The position numbers and the translations under genes were made by a program. Positions 14,300-14,406 of a DNA stretch of 14,406 nucleotides are shown here, in pieces. Source of the stretch: a virus (Duplodnaviria; Heunggongvirae; Uroviricota; Caudoviricetes); IMG/VR virus record IMGVR_UViG_2711768040_000007, positions 1 to 14,406 of that record; one strand, written 5' to 3'. The notes below the pieces were generated by a model that worked only from the letters and a program-made list of their open reading frames with translations, was not told where the DNA came from and did no database searches. Every line of letters begins with the position of its first letter. Within the stretch, counting starts at the first letter, position 1.

Positions 14300-14406
14300 A
14301 TGGAAGTCAACAAAAAGCAGCTGGCTGACATTTTCGGCGCGAGTATCCGTACCATTCAGAACTGGCAGGAGCAGGGAATGCCCGTTCTGCGGGGTGGTGG
14401 GAAGGG
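14300..14406 (+). CDS. nu1: Terminase small subunit Nu1, N-terminal part (3' end outside the window)
   Basis: Translation MEVNKKQLADIFGASIRTIQNWQEQGMPVLRGGGKG matches the N-terminus of lambda Nu1 as I recall it. Positioned just after cosB. Confidence 0.85.
   Translation, partial: MEVNKKQLADIFGASIRTIQNWQEQGMPVLRGGGK

Overview
This window reads as the right-hand half of a lambda-like (lambdoid) enterobacterial prophage, running from the end of the early/replication region to the cohesive-end site and the first codons of the terminase small subunit. All genes but one toxin-antitoxin pair are on the + strand. In order: a 5'-truncated early-region ORF; a four-gene translationally coupled cassette of unknown function (hypothetical, DUF4406-like, Ea22-like with a P-loop-like motif, zinc-ribbon); an AT-rich restriction-modification pair (gamma-class N6-adenine methyltransferase plus a putative endonuclease); a convergent ParD/ParE-like module; a DUF968-like protein, RusA and a Q-type antiterminator; a candidate late promoter and tR'-like terminator; a second, beta-class DNA methyltransferase; three clustered tRNAs; a terminator-bracketed TerB-like/small membrane protein moron at the position where Stx phages carry stx; a lysis cassette (two holin-like proteins, M15 peptidase endolysin, an inserted HNH-AP2 homing endonuclease, a small lipoprotein); one hypothetical gene; and a lambda-like cosN/cosB with the Nu1 start. 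The best candidates for an undescribed system are the TerB-like moron, the four-gene coupled cassette, and the RM plus ParDE island. Everything is inferred by eye from motifs and gene order; no database search was run, so family assignments are tentative, and coordinates of non-ORF features are hand-counted and may be off by a base or two.
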